The position numbers and the translations under genes are program-made. Positions 46,947 to 57,505 of a stretch of 64,000 bases of DNA are shown one piece after another. The notes beneath the pieces are model-generated. The model was not told the origin of the DNA and made no database searches. It saw only the letters and a program-made list of their open reading frames with translations. How positions within the stretch are numbered: position 1 is the first letter of the stretch; each line of letters opens with the position of its first letter. The stretch is taken from the NCBI GenBank assembly GCA_051962155.1, contig JBQCCO010000203.1:409-64408 (forward strand). The letters are read 5' to 3'. This DNA comes from Leifsonia sp. (GTDB taxonomy: Bacteria > Actinomycetota > Actinomycetes > Actinomycetales > Microbacteriaceae).

Positions 46947-47348
46947 TCAGGCTGCAGCGCGGGCCACTGACGACAGGCGCCGCCAGGAGAGCGCGAACAG
47001 CGCGGCCAGGGCCAGCTCGGCGAGGATGGAGGCGACACCGGACGCGCTCCCGAACCCGGCGACCGAGAAGCCGATGTTGATCACGGCCAGCAGCCCGTAG
47101 ATCGACGCGAGCGCCCCACTGAGGAAGGGCCGGTTCGTCATCCGCCACCAGGGCCGCGCCGCCCGGACGGACTCGCCGCGTCCGCGGAAGAGGCGGCTCG
47201 CCAGATACCAGCCGATGACCTGCAGCACCGTCAGGACGATCGATCCCGCTTCGGAGTGGAAAGCGTCGAGGAGGAGCGCGAGCACCGCGCTGATGGCGAC
47301 GAGCACGCCGATCACCACAGCCTTCTGGCCGGAAGTGGTGAAGCGCAT
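46947..47348 (-). CDS. Small integral membrane protein, function unknown
   Basis: MRFTTSGQKAVVIGVLVAISAVLALLL... with four predicted TM helices. Only the 3' 402 nt of a long shadow ORF is retained. Confidence 0.5.
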   Translation of the reverse strand: MRFTTSGQKAVVIGVLVAISAVLALLLDAFHSEAGSIVLTVLQVIGWYLASRLFRGRGESVRAARPWWRMTNRPFLSGALASIYGLLAVINIGFSVAGFGSASGVASILAELALAALFALSWRRLSSVARAAA

Positions 47349-47387
47349 GTCGTTCCCCCTGGTGTTGAGCATTGAGTATGCCAGCTG

Positions 47388-48554
47388 GTGCGGCCTGCGA
47401 CGTGGAGGCTCGCCGTGCCGCCCGGACGGGGTGGGGCGGGGGAGGCGCCGAGTTCGTATGCTTGCCCGGTGACCATCGCACCCTCCGGCGGGACGCCCTC
47501 CCCGGCCGGGACCCCGCCGCCGGCCCGCACCGCGCCGCCCGGCTGGTACGGCGATCCGTTCGATGCGCGCTTCCTCCGCTGGTGGAGCGGCGCCGCCTGG
47601 ACCCCGTACACGTATTCCGTCCGGGCTCTGCAGCCGGCGGCGCGCCCGAAGCCGCCGCACAAGTGGATCGGTCGCTTCGGCGGGTGGATCATCGTGGCGG
47701 CCAGCGCCTTCATCTGGCTCTGGCTCTTCGGCTTCAACTGGCTCATCACCGCGATCTCGCCGCATCCCGACGTGCACGGGCCCGCGGTGCTCTCGCCGTT
47801 CCTCCTGCTCACCGGCGCCGCGACGGTGGCGACCGCCATCCTCTACACGATGGCCTACCGGTTGCGGCGCGACGACGGGCTGACGGCATCCCGTCTGGTG
47901 ATCATCGCCGGCGTCGGCGGGCTGGCCGCCACGCTCCTGGCCGCGCCGGTGAACAGCATCATCGACGTGCTGAGCGGCGGCACGGCCCTGCACCCGAGCG
48001 GGCTCGCCCTGGTGCTCGCGGGCGTGGTCGAGGAGTTCGTCAAGATCGCCGCGGCCGTCGTCCTCGCCTGGAAGCTGCCCGTGAAGAACGCACGCATCGG
48101 TCTGTTCGTCGGCGGGGCCGTCGGGATCGGCTTCAGCGTCATCGAGAACCTCGGCTACCTGATGGAGGCGTTCGCCCGCGGTCAGCTCAACGGCCTCGGC
48201 CTGGGGATGTTCGTGGAGACGGTGATCGGCCGGGAGCTCACCGGGCCGTTCCTCCATCCGGTCTTCTCCGCGCTGCTGGGCGCTGCGGTCTTCGGTGCCG
48301 CCCGGGCGGGCCGTTTCCGCCTGACCTTCGGCGTCGTGCTGGTCTATCTCGGCGTGGCCGCCGCTCACGGGATCTTCGACGGCGCCATCTGGCTGGCACA
48401 GATCCTGCCCTGGCCGCTCGTTGCCCGCGGAGGCGCGATCCTGCTCTTCTACCTGGTCTTCGTGCTGGCGAGCGGCTTGGCGTGGCTGCTCATCGCCCGG
48501 CGCATCCGGCGCTCCGCCGAGCGGCGAGCGGCGATGGAGGCGTCCACCGGCTGA
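47388..48554 (+). CDS. PrsW-family intramembrane glutamic protease with N-terminal DUF2510-like segment
   Basis: PPGWYGDPFDARFLRWWSGAAWT (DUF2510 pattern). LAGVVEEFVKIAA (EExxK) and a HGIFD motif in a multi-TM core. Start uncertain (a GTG at 47466 is possible). Confidence 0.7.
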   Translation: MRPATWRLAVPPGRGGAGEAPSSYACPVTIAPSGGTPSPAGTPPPARTAPPGWYGDPFDARFLRWWSGAAWTPYTYSVRALQPAARPKPPHKWIGRFGGWIIVAASAFIWLWLFGFNWLITAISPHPDVHGPAVLSPFLLLTGAATVATAILYTMAYRLRRDDGLTASRLVIIAGVGGLAATLLAAPVNSIIDVLSGGTALHPSGLALVLAGVVEEFVKIAAAVVLAWKLPVKNARIGLFVGGAVGIGFSVIENLGYLMEAFARGQLNGLGLGMFVETVIGRELTGPFLHPVFSALLGAAVFGAARAGRFRLTFGVVLVYLGVAAAHGIFDGAIWLAQILPWPLVARGGAILLFYLVFVLASGLAWLLIARRIRRSAERRAAMEASTG

Positions 48555-51068
48555 CTACCGGACCAGGGTGCCGGCGAGCGCGAGGTACTCGCGGGCCTTC
48601 GCGTCGGGCAGGTACGCCCTCGCAAGCGCGTTGCCGATCGCCGGAAGCGCCAGTACATCCGGGTACGCCAGGTAGAGCGTCTCGTACGTCGGATTGAACT
48701 TGCTCTTGAAGGAGAACAGCGAAGCGAAGCCGTAGGCGGGCTCGAGCGTCCGCGCGAGGAACGCGAGCAGCCGATCCATCGTCGTGCCCTCGTCCGGCCC
48801 GTCGCCCTCGGCGAGAGGCTTGGTCGCCAGCGGGGCGCCGGACAGGCTGAGCACCTCGACGCCGGCGTCGCGCATGTGCTGCGCCGCCGAGGCGATCACG
48901 AACTCCATGATCCCGGACATCGAGCCGTCCGCCCGCCGCATGAAGTCGATGGTCCAGCCGACCACCCGCCCGTCCCGCCAGCTCGGCAGCCAGCTCGTGA
49001 CGGCCTGCAGTCCGCCCTCGGGATCGAAAGCGAGGTAGAGCCGCACGTCCCGGTCCTTGAGCTCGTCGATCCCGCCGAGCGTGAAGCCCATCTCGGGCAG
49101 CTCCTTCTCGGACACCCACTGCTCGCTGAGGGAGGTGATCTGCGTCTGGATGAGCGGCGAGAGCTCGTCCCAGCTCGTCCAGAGCGTGGAGATCTGCGCC
49201 TTGATCCCGCGGTTGTGCGCCTGCCGCACCTTCTGCCAGGGCTTGCCCACCAGGTCGAAGCTCTGCGGGTGCATCAGCGTCTCCTGGCCGACCGACATCG
49301 ACGGCCAGCCGAGCGCGTCGAACACGGGCAGGTACTCGCCGTGGATGCTGTAGAACACCGGGACCCAGCTGTTGACATCGCAGAACTGCACGAACTCCGC
49401 GATCGTCCGTTCGGCCCTCTCCGGCCGGCAGACCGGGTCGGAGAGGGTGACCGCGATCCCGCCGACGACCCGGTAGGCGATCGCGGACTCGCCGTCCGAG
49501 CTGAACCAGTACACGTTGCCGGGCCAGGTGCCCATGAAGCCGAGCGTGCCGCCGCCGCCCAGTCGCAGCAGGGCCCGGAAGTGCTCCTCGTCGGCCAGGG
49601 TCCGCCCGGTGAAGGTGGCGCGGTACACCTGCAGGGTGGCGAAGACGAACACGGTCCAGAACGCCGGCCCGACCCACTGGAAGAGGAGGACGACCAGGGG
49701 CGTGGTCGGGACGATCGGCGTCCCGAGCGCCGAGAGGAACCCGGCGGGAACGAACCGGCGCAGAGTGGATGCGAACACGTCGCCCACGCTGGCGTCCGGC
49801 ACGAACTCGGTGAGCGAGGAGAGCGCAGCCACCAGGTAGGCGAGGGCGAGCAGGCCGAAGGAGCACACGACGACGATCGCGAACCGGGCGATGGCCTCAC
49901 GGGGCGAGCGGATCTGGAACTGCCGCCGGGTGACGACGAGCAGGACGAGCGACGCGACCGGGACGAGCATCGCCGCGAGCAGCCACACGAGCACCTCGAT
50001 CGCGGGAACGAGAGCCTGAGGACCCTCCGCCTCCAGCTCGATATCGCCGGTGAGCGCGGTGAACGGCAGCAGGAGCATGACGATGTTGACGACGATCCCG
50101 AGCAGCAGCGCGAACCGGCGGCCGCGACGCAGGCCGATCGCGGTGAGGATGAGCAGCGCGAGCGGCAGCACCGAGAGCAGCAGTGCTCCGGGCCCCTGGA
50201 CGGACACCATCGTCAGGTCGTCGTGACAGGCGATGGTGTACGAGGCGTCGCAGCGCGCCAGCACTTCGGGGACGTTCACGCGCGGCTGCTCGAAGAGCGC
50301 GGCCACGAACGACAGCGGGCCGAAACCGCCGGGCGGCAGCAGGGCGAGCAGCGGACCGAACGCGGTGATGGCGATGACCGCCGCGACGAGGTTCCGCGTC
50401 TCCGCGTGCGAACTGCGGCGCAGCCGACGGAGACCGTCGCGTCGGAGCAGCACGCCGAGCCCCAGCCCGAGGAGGGCGGCGATCAGCCGGTAGGCGTTGT
50501 TCTGGTCGCCGTTGTACAGCACGAACACGAGCAGGATGGCGAACGTCAGGAGCCGGATGCGCCTGCGCCACAAGGAGCTCGCGAACGCGCTCGCCGTGAT
50601 CAGCGCGCCCACGATGCCGATCGTCGGATCGAGGGTGAAATCGAATCGGGTCACGTTCGCCCAGATCTCGCCGGCCCCCGCAGCCGTCCACTGCAGCAGG
50701 ATCCCGAGGGCGATGCCCACAACGCCCGTGATGAGGAACGCGAGGACCGCCCGGGCGGTGCCGAGCAGCCGCTCCGCCGTGGCCATGACGACCAGAGCGA
50801 GGAGCACGGTGATGACCAGTTGGACCGGGTCCTCCGGCACGAACAGCGCAGTGAGCGGAGTCCACCAGGATCCGCTCTCGACGGTCGTCGTGACTCCTGC
50901 GGCCCACGTCATCGTGGCGCTGCCGGCGGACGCGGCGCTCCACAGCGTCCCGGTCGCAACGGACGACGCCAGCACCACGAAGGCCAGAGCGATCCCGGCC
51001 GGAGCGATCCGCGCGTAACGCGCCACGACGTTCCGCGTCTCTGCGGTGCTCACGCCGGCCTCTGTCAC
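48555..51068 (-). CDS. MprF-like aminoacyl-phosphatidylglycerol synthase/flippase (multi-TM N-terminus plus DUF2156/LPG_synthase_C domain)
   Basis: About 14 TM helices, then a C-terminal cytoplasmic domain: GTWPGNVYWFSSDGESAIAYRVVGGIAVTLSDPV...FKSKFNP. Confidence 0.75.
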   Translation of the reverse strand: MTEAGVSTAETRNVVARYARIAPAGIALAFVVLASSVATGTLWSAASAGSATMTWAAGVTTTVESGSWWTPLTALFVPEDPVQLVITVLLALVVMATAERLLGTARAVLAFLITGVVGIALGILLQWTAAGAGEIWANVTRFDFTLDPTIGIVGALITASAFASSLWRRRIRLLTFAILLVFVLYNGDQNNAYRLIAALLGLGLGVLLRRDGLRRLRRSSHAETRNLVAAVIAITAFGPLLALLPPGGFGPLSFVAALFEQPRVNVPEVLARCDASYTIACHDDLTMVSVQGPGALLLSVLPLALLILTAIGLRRGRRFALLLGIVVNIVMLLLPFTALTGDIELEAEGPQALVPAIEVLVWLLAAMLVPVASLVLLVVTRRQFQIRSPREAIARFAIVVVCSFGLLALAYLVAALSSLTEFVPDASVGDVFASTLRRFVPAGFLSALGTPIVPTTPLVVLLFQWVGPAFWTVFVFATLQVYRATFTGRTLADEEHFRALLRLGGGGTLGFMGTWPGNVYWFSSDGESAIAYRVVGGIAVTLSDPVCRPERAERTIAEFVQFCDVNSWVPVFYSIHGEYLPVFDALGWPSMSVGQETLMHPQSFDLVGKPWQKVRQAHNRGIKAQISTLWTSWDELSPLIQTQITSLSEQWVSEKELPEMGFTLGGIDELKDRDVRLYLAFDPEGGLQAVTSWLPSWRDGRVVGWTIDFMRRADGSMSGIMEFVIASAAQHMRDAGVEVLSLSGAPLATKPLAEGDGPDEGTTMDRLLAFLARTLEPAYGFASLFSFKSKFNPTYETLYLAYPDVLALPAIGNALARAYLPDAKAREYLALAGTLVR

Positions 51069-51105
51069 GGTGGTGTCCGTCCCGGGCCTTCTCCGACCGC
51101 CCCGG

Positions 51106-52494
51106 TCAGATCTCGCGGAGGCGCTCGGCGAGGTAGCGGTCGAGGCCCTCGAGCGGGATGCGCTCCTGCTGCATCGAGTCCCGGTCGCGCACCGTGACCG
51201 CGTCGTCCTCGAGCGAGTCGAAGTCGACCGTCACCGCGAGCGGCGTGCCGATCTCGTCCTGCCGGCGGTAGCGGCGCCCGATCGCGCCCGAGTCGTCGAA
51301 GTCGACGTTGCGGCGCTTGCGGAGCCGGTCGGCGAGCCCGCGGGCGAGCGGCGAGAGGGCCTCGTTGCGCGACAGCGGCAGCACGGCGACCTTGACCGGC
51401 GCGAGGCGCGGATCCAGGCGCAGGACCGTGCGCTTGTCGGTGCCGCCCTTCGCGTTCGGGACCTGCTCCTCGTCGTAGGCGTCGACCAGGAACGCCATGC
51501 GCGCGCGGGTCAGGCCGAAGGACGGCTCGATCACGAACGGGACGTAGCGCTCGTTCTTGTTCTGGTCGAAGTAGCTCAGGTCTTTGCCGGAGTGCTCGAT
51601 GTGGGTCTTCAGGTCGAAGTCGGTACGGTTGGCGACACCCATCAGCTCGCCCCACTCGCTGCCGACGAAATCGAAGCGGTACTCGATGTCGATCGTGCGC
51701 TTCGAATAGTGGGCCAGCGCTTCCTGGGGGTGCTCGAAGCGGCGGATGTTCTCCGGCTTGATGCCGAGCTCGGTGAACCACTCCCAGGCCAGGTCGATCC
51801 AGGTCTCGAACCACTGCTCGTCGGTGCCCGGCTCGACGAAGTACTCGATCTCCATCTGCTCGAACTCGCGCGTGCGGAAGATGAAGTTGCCCGGCGTGAT
51901 CTCGTTCCGGAAGGCCTTGCCGATCTGGCCGATGCCGAACGGCGGCTTCTTCCGCGAGGTCTGCAGCACTGAGGCGAAGTCGGTGAAGATGCCCTGCGCC
52001 GTCTCCGGCCGCATGTAGTGCAGGCCGGACTCGTCGTCGACGACGCCGAGGAAGGTCTTCATCAGCCCCGAGAACTGGCGGATCGGCGTCCACTGGCCGA
52101 CCTTGTCGGGGTGGTCCGGGTCCGCGATGTCGTCGAGTCCGTTGACCGGCGGATGCCCGTGCTGGGCCTCGTACGCCTCGAACAGGTGGTCGGCCCGGTA
52201 CCGCTTGTGCGTGACGAGCGACTCCGTGAGCGGGTCGCTGAACACCTGGACGTGACCGGAGGCCTCCCAGACCGGAGTCGGCAGGATGATGGCCGAGTCG
52301 AGCCCGACCATGTCGCCGCGGCCGCGCACGAAGGCGTTCCACCACTCGCGCTTGATGTTCTCCTTCAGCTCCACACCGAGGGGCCCGTAATCCCACGCCG
52401 ATCGGGTCCCGCCGTAGATCTCGCCGGAGGGGAAGACGAATCCGCGGTGCTGCGCCAGCGTGATGACGGAATCCAGCCTGGTGGGTGCGGCCAT
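51106..52494 (-). CDS. glyQS: Glycine--tRNA ligase (dimeric class II)
   Basis: [38 protein letters not shown] and GLTR motifs. Start placed at MAAPTRLD. Confidence 0.9.
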   Translation of the reverse strand: MAAPTRLDSVITLAQHRGFVFPSGEIYGGTRSAWDYGPLGVELKENIKREWWNAFVRGRGDMVGLDSAIILPTPVWEASGHVQVFSDPLTESLVTHKRYRADHLFEAYEAQHGHPPVNGLDDIADPDHPDKVGQWTPIRQFSGLMKTFLGVVDDESGLHYMRPETAQGIFTDFASVLQTSRKKPPFGIGQIGKAFRNEITPGNFIFRTREFEQMEIEYFVEPGTDEQWFETWIDLAWEWFTELGIKPENIRRFEHPQEALAHYSKRTIDIEYRFDFVGSEWGELMGVANRTDFDLKTHIEHSGKDLSYFDQNKNERYVPFVIEPSFGLTRARMAFLVDAYDEEQVPNAKGGTDKRTVLRLDPRLAPVKVAVLPLSRNEALSPLARGLADRLRKRRNVDFDDSGAIGRRYRRQDEIGTPLAVTVDFDSLEDDAVTVRDRDSMQQERIPLEGLDRYLAERLREI

Positions 52495-52578
52495 GGTGCT
52501 CCCTGTGCGGTACGGGTGGGGTGGGGACCCGTCCATCCTACTGAGGAAGCGCCCGGCGCCGATTCCGCGGGCGAGCGG

Positions 52579-53235
52579 TCAGTCCGCGGCCGGGCGGAAG
52601 TCCTGCTCGAGGATGGCGTAGACCGCGGTGTCCGACCATTCGCCCTTGAAGATCTCCGTTTCGCGCAGCAGAGCCTCCTGGCGCATCCCGATCCGTTCGC
52701 ACAGGCGAGCGGAGGCGTCGTTGCGCGCGTCCAGCTGGGCGAAGACCCGGTGGGCGCCGAGCGTGTCGAAGCACAGCTCCAGGATGCGCTGCGCGGCCTC
52801 CGTGGCGTAGCCGCGGCCGTGCACGGCGGGGTGGAAGACCCATCCCATCTCGAACTTGCCCCACGTCGCGTTCTTGAGGAACAGGCTGATGTCGCCGATC
52901 ACGCGGCCCGCGCCGCCCTCGGCGTCCGCGAGCTCCACGGCGAAGACGATGCCGTCGCCGTTCTCGGCGAGGCGGTTCATCGCGATGCGTTTGCGCAGGT
53001 GCTCCGCCGACTCGTCGTGGTCGTGCACCTCCCAGTAGAGGTAGCGCACGACGTCCTTCAGCTTCTGGTAGGCGTGCACATCCTCGAGGTCGCCGGTGTT
53101 GAGCGGGCGCAGCACCAGACGCTCCGTGCGCAGCACCTCGGCGGCGTAGGGGAGCCCGGCCGCGCCGTGCGGCGCCACGGCCGTCGTCGCGGTGGTCGTG
53201 GTGGTCGTCGCGGTCGTGGTGGCTTCGTCGCTCAC
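52579..53235 (-). CDS. GNAT-family N-acetyltransferase (RimJ/RimL-like) with poly-Thr N-terminus
   Basis: TERLVLRPL, WVFHPAVHGRGYATEA and ARNDASARLCERIGM motifs. GTG start 5 nt after GAAGGAG. Confidence 0.85.
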   Translation of the reverse strand: MSDEATTTATTTTTTATTAVAPHGAAGLPYAAEVLRTERLVLRPLNTGDLEDVHAYQKLKDVVRYLYWEVHDHDESAEHLRKRIAMNRLAENGDGIVFAVELADAEGGAGRVIGDISLFLKNATWGKFEMGWVFHPAVHGRGYATEAAQRILELCFDTLGAHRVFAQLDARNDASARLCERIGMRQEALLRETEIFKGEWSDTAVYAILEQDFRPAAD

Positions 53236-53285
53236 AGTCGCTCCTTCGAGTGGGCCGGGCCCGGATGCGGGGTCGGGATGCGCGG

Positions 53286-54599
53286 TCAGGATGCGGCCGA
53301 CTCGTCGTCCACGGCGGTGAGCGATGCGGGATGCCCGGCCGCCTCGACCTCCACGCCGAAGAGCGCGGCGACCGCCTCGGCGAACGACGGCGCGTCGCCC
53401 GCGCGGGCCAGCTCCCGCGCACGCACGGACGGGGTGTGCAGCAGCACGCCGGCCAGGTGGCGGAGGGCCGCCTCGGTCTGCTCGCTCGAGTCCCCGCGAT
53501 TCCGCGCGCGCTCGATCTCGGCGTCGAGGATGCCGAAGACGTGCGTGCGCAGGGCGACGAGCGCCGGCGTCACGGCCTGCTCCGCGGTCTGGGCGCGGTA
53601 TTCGGCGGCCGCCGCATCCACGATGCTGCGTGCGTCGTCGACGCTGCCCTGCAACTCCTTGAGGGGCGCGTGGATGCTGATGGTCTCGAGGTCGAGCAGC
53701 TCGACTCCGCCGAGTTCGGCGACCGCGGGGTCGACGTTGCGGGGGAGGCCGAGGTCGACGACCAGCCGGCGCTCGGCGGCGCCTGGCCGGCGCAGCGCGT
53801 CGGCGAGCAGCGGCTCGGTGAGCACGTAGTCGGTGACGGCGGAGCAGGTCACCACCAGATCGCTCTCGGCGAGCGCGTCGAGAAGCTCGTCGGAGGACAC
53901 GGCCCCGATGTCGTGCGACAGCGCGAAGGCGGCCGCGCGACCGGAGGGGGAGTAGACCCGCACATCGTGTGCGCCGCGATCGCGCAGCGCCGCGAGGCTC
54001 GCGCCGGCGTACTTGCCCGTGCCGACGAGCAGCACCCGCGTCTGCGCCCAGTCGCTGACCCGGCTCTCGGCGAGGTCGAGGGCCAGCCGTACCAGCGACC
54101 GGCCGGCGGACATGATCTCTGTACGGTTCTTCACACCCCGGGAGGTGCGGGAGGCCACCTGGAACAGCCGTTCGAGCTCGCTGGTGACCGATCCGGCGCT
54201 CCGGGCGATGTCGAGCGCCCGGCGGACCTGGCCCGCGATCTCGCCCTCGCCGACGACCACGGACTCCAGCCCGCTCGTCACCGCGAAGAGGTGCTCGGCG
54301 ACCGCGTGGTCGCTGTAGACCGCACTGGACTCGCGCAGGGTCTCGGCGTCGATCCCGGATGCCGCGCTCACCGCATCCAGCACCGCCTGTGCCGATGCCG
54401 CCTGGCCTGCGGGATGCGAGCCGTCGATATCGAGGTAGGCCTCGAAACGGTTGCAGGTGGCGAGGACGACGGATCCGGCCACGGCGCCCGTGTGCTCCGC
54501 GAGTGCGGCGGTCACGGCAGGAGCGTGACGCTCGAGCCGTTCCAGGAGGTCGAAGTCCGCCGTCCGGTGGCTCGACGAGAAGCACAGAAGCACGGGCAA
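53286..54599 (-). CDS. hemA: Glutamyl-tRNA reductase
   Basis: [12 protein letters not shown] (active Cys), [13 protein letters not shown] motif. Confidence 0.9.
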   Translation of the reverse strand: MPVLLCFSSSHRTADFDLLERLERHAPAVTAALAEHTGAVAGSVVLATCNRFEAYLDIDGSHPAGQAASAQAVLDAVSAASGIDAETLRESSAVYSDHAVAEHLFAVTSGLESVVVGEGEIAGQVRRALDIARSAGSVTSELERLFQVASRTSRGVKNRTEIMSAGRSLVRLALDLAESRVSDWAQTRVLLVGTGKYAGASLAALRDRGAHDVRVYSPSGRAAAFALSHDIGAVSSDELLDALAESDLVVTCSAVTDYVLTEPLLADALRRPGAAERRLVVDLGLPRNVDPAVAELGGVELLDLETISIHAPLKELQGSVDDARSIVDAAAAEYRAQTAEQAVTPALVALRTHVFGILDAEIERARNRGDSSEQTEAALRHLAGVLLHTPSVRARELARAGDAPSFAEAVAALFGVEVEAAGHPASLTAVDDESAAS

Positions 54600-54693
54600 A
54601 TCCTACGCTCGCGTCAGGGCAACCTCGAATCGGCGGCTCAGCTTCCATTCAGCCCCGGGCTCCGGCTCATCCGCGCACTGGCAGAATCGACGT

Positions 54694-55842
54694 GTGACCA
54701 CCCTCTCAGCCGACCATCCGCTCGCTTCCGGCCGCACCGCGTCCAGCCCTCTCGTGCGGGCCTATCAGGGTGAGCGGCAGGTGGTCACGCCCGTGTGGTT
54801 CATGCGGCAGGCGGGCCGGTCGCTCCCGGAGTACCGCGAGCTCCGCGTCGGTACGAGGATGCTGGACGCCTGCCACGAGCCGGCTACCGCCAGCGAGATC
54901 ACCCTGCAACCGGTCCGCCGGCACGGCGTGGATGCGGGCATCTTCTTCAGCGACATCGTCGTGCCGCTCAAGCTCGCCGGTGTGGATGTCGAGATCGTTC
55001 CAGGCAAGGGCCCGGTGTTCGCCGAGGCGGTGCGCACGGCAGCCGACGTCGACCGGCTGACCGCCGTCGATCCCGCCTCCTTCGGCGCGGAGGTCTTCGC
55101 GCCCATCCAGGAGGCCGTGCGGCTCACGGTGGCGGAGCTGGGAGCGACGCCGCTGATCGGCTTCGCGGGCGCGCCGTTCACCCTCGCCGCCTATCTCGTC
55201 GAGGGCGGTCCCTCGAAGGATCACATCCGCGCCCGCACCCTGATGCACGCCGACCCCGACGCGTGGTCGCGCCTGATGGCGTGGACGGCCGATCTCTCGG
55301 GCGCTTTCCTGCGCGCGCAGGTGCTCGCCGGCGCGAGCGCCGCCCAGCTGTTCGACTCGTGGGCGGGCGCCCTCTCGCTGCACGACTACGCCGCGCTCGT
55401 CGCACCGGCGTCCGCGCGGGCGCTGTCGCATGTGCGGGACCTCGCCTACGAGATCCCGGCGACCCCGACGGTGGACGGGTTCGAGCCGCCGATCGATGCC
55501 GTGCTGCGCAATGTCCCGATCGTGCACTTCGGGGTCGGCACCGGCGAACTGCTGAAGGCGATGCACGAGGTGGGCGCGGATGCGGTGGGCGTCGACTACC
55601 GCATCCCGCTCGACGAGGCGAGCCGCCGACTCGGTCACGTGGTCCCGCTGCAGGGCAACGTCGATCCGGCGATGCTCGACGCGCCCTGGCCCGTGCTGGA
55701 GGCGCACGTCCTCGACGTGCTGGACCGCGGACGCGAAGCGCCCGCCCATGTCCTGAACCTCGGGCACGGCGTCCCTCCCGAGACCGATCCGGCCGTGCTC
55801 ACCCGGGTGGTCGAGCTGGTGCACGGGTGGCGGCCGGAGTGA
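54694..55842 (+). CDS. hemE: Uroporphyrinogen decarboxylase
   Basis: PVWFMRQAGRSLPEYR signature. Confidence 0.9.
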   Translation: MTTLSADHPLASGRTASSPLVRAYQGERQVVTPVWFMRQAGRSLPEYRELRVGTRMLDACHEPATASEITLQPVRRHGVDAGIFFSDIVVPLKLAGVDVEIVPGKGPVFAEAVRTAADVDRLTAVDPASFGAEVFAPIQEAVRLTVAELGATPLIGFAGAPFTLAAYLVEGGPSKDHIRARTLMHADPDAWSRLMAWTADLSGAFLRAQVLAGASAAQLFDSWAGALSLHDYAALVAPASARALSHVRDLAYEIPATPTVDGFEPPIDAVLRNVPIVHFGVGTGELLKAMHEVGADAVGVDYRIPLDEASRRLGHVVPLQGNVDPAMLDAPWPVLEAHVLDVLDRGREAPAHVLNLGHGVPPETDPAVLTRVVELVHGWRPE

Positions 55843-57491
55843 GCGAAGAGCGGATGACGGGCGGCGACCCCGGGCCCGGCGAGGACCTCGGCGACGAGAT
55901 CCGCCAGGCCATCGAAGCGCCGCCGACCCGCGTCGTCGTCATCGGCGGTGGTCTGGCCGGCCTGGTCGTCGCCCGCGAATGCGCGCGTCCCGGCTTCGAG
56001 GTGACGCTTCTCGAGGCCGGCGACCGCCTGGGCGGCAGCGTCGCCCCTCTGGACCTCGGCGGGATGACCCTCGACGCGGGCGCGGAGAGCTTCGCCACCC
56101 GGGGCGGTCACGTCGCCGAACTGCTGCACGACCTCGACCTCGACGACGACGTGGTCGAACCGAACCCGTCCGGCGCCTGGCTGCGCCACGGGTCCCGATC
56201 GGTGCCGCTCCCGAAGGCCGGGCTGCTCGGCATCCCCAGCTCACCGCTCGCGAAGGACGTGGCGGACGCGATCGGCTGGCCGGGCGCCCTCCGGGCCTAC
56301 CTCGACCGTCTCATCCCGGTGCTGAAGATCGGGCAGGAGCGGCGGCTCGGCACCCTCGTTCGCAAGCGGATGGGGCAGAAGGTCCTCGACCTTCTCGTCG
56401 CGCCCGTCGCGACCGGCGTCTACTCGGCCGCCCCGGACGAACTGGATGTGGAGGTCGTCGCGCCCGGGCTCAACGCCGCGCTGACTCGGCTGGGCTCGCT
56501 GTCCGGTGCCGTCGCCGAGCTGCGCTCGGCCTCGAAGGCGGGAAGCGCTGTCGGCGGGATCCGCGGCGGGATGTGGCGGTTGCCGCAGGCGCTCGCCGCC
56601 GACATCGAGACCCGCGGAGGGGTCGTCCGGACCGGCGCGGCAGTCGCTGCGCTCGAGCGGTGGACCGCACCCACAGCGGACGAGACGGCGCAGGCGCTCG
56701 TGGAGGGCGTGCTCGCGGACGCCCTCGGCGATGCGGTGGACCCGGCGGCGGTCTCCCCGGAGCCGGAGGACGAGGAGGCCGCGGAGGACGCGCGCCCGGC
56801 GCGCTGGCTCATCCGTCTGGAGGACGGCGACGAGCTCCCGGCCGACGCCGTCGTGCTCGCAACGCCGGCCGACGCATCCCTCGCGCTGCTCGCCTCCCTC
56901 GATCCGGACCTCGCGGCTCTGGGCGACCTCGACTGGCCGTCGGCCTCCAGCGTCGAGCTGGTGACCCTCGTCGTCGCGGACGACCGGCTCGCGAGCGCTC
57001 CCGTGGGGACCGGCGTGCTCGTCGCCGACGTCCCGGGGAACGACGTCCGGGCCAAGGCGATGACGCACTCCAGCGCCAAGTGGGCGTGGGTCGCGGAGGC
57101 GGCGGGAGCCGGTCGCCACGTCGTCCGCCTCTCGTACGGACGCGCCGGTCGCCCGGCCGAATCCCTGGCCCTGGGGGATGCGGAACTCAGGGCCCAGGCG
57201 GTCGAGGACGCCTCCCGTCTGCTGAATATTCCGATCGCGGAATCCGCCGTGACCGCATTCGCCCGGACCCCCTGGACGAACGCCCTCCCGTATGCGACAG
57301 TGGGGCAGCGGGAACGCATCCAGCGGGTCCGCACCGAGGTCGACGGTGTCGAGGGTCTCGAGGTCACCGGGTCCTGGCTGACCGGAACAGGCCTCGCCTC
57401 CGTCATCCCGGATGCGCGCCGGACAGCAGAGCGCGCGCGAGGTCTGCGCTGGAGGGGCCTCACCGAGGCTCTTCACCACACGGACAACTGA
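55839..57491 (+). CDS. hemY: Coproporphyrinogen III oxidase (HemY/CgoX, protoporphyrinogen oxidase family)
   Basis: VVVIGGGLAGLVVARE...LEAGDRLGG FAD motif. The GTG at 55839 overlaps the hemE stop (GTGA). Alternative ATG at 55854. Confidence 0.85.
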   Translation: MSEERMTGGDPGPGEDLGDEIRQAIEAPPTRVVVIGGGLAGLVVARECARPGFEVTLLEAGDRLGGSVAPLDLGGMTLDAGAESFATRGGHVAELLHDLDLDDDVVEPNPSGAWLRHGSRSVPLPKAGLLGIPSSPLAKDVADAIGWPGALRAYLDRLIPVLKIGQERRLGTLVRKRMGQKVLDLLVAPVATGVYSAAPDELDVEVVAPGLNAALTRLGSLSGAVAELRSASKAGSAVGGIRGGMWRLPQALAADIETRGGVVRTGAAVAALERWTAPTADETAQALVEGVLADALGDAVDPAAVSPEPEDEEAAEDARPARWLIRLEDGDELPADAVVLATPADASLALLASLDPDLAALGDLDWPSASSVELVTLVVADDRLASAPVGTGVLVADVPGNDVRAKAMTHSSAKWAWVAEAAGAGRHVVRLSYGRAGRPAESLALGDAELRAQAVEDASRLLNIPIAESAVTAFARTPWTNALPYATVGQRERIQRVRTEVDGVEGLEVTGSWLTGTGLASVIPDARRTAERARGLRWRGLTEALHHTDN

Positions 57492-57505
57492 GACAGGGAG
57501 ACGGA

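Noticed and set aside
48876-51197. 773-aa plus-strand ORF.
   Set aside because: It is antisense to the MprF-like gene. It is extremely Arg/Asp/Glu/Gly-rich and has no TM helices or motifs.
52495-52578. T-box leader upstream of glyQS.
   Set aside because: Only 84 nt separate glyQS from the upstream GNAT stop. That is too short for a T-box (about 200 nt or more), and no specifier or T-box sequence is seen.
53236-54648. Upstream extension of the 689-aa minus-strand ORF (52579-54648).
   Set aside because: It is in a different frame from hemA and overlaps hemA on the same strand. Only the 3' 657 nt (the GNAT, with a strong SD) are credible.
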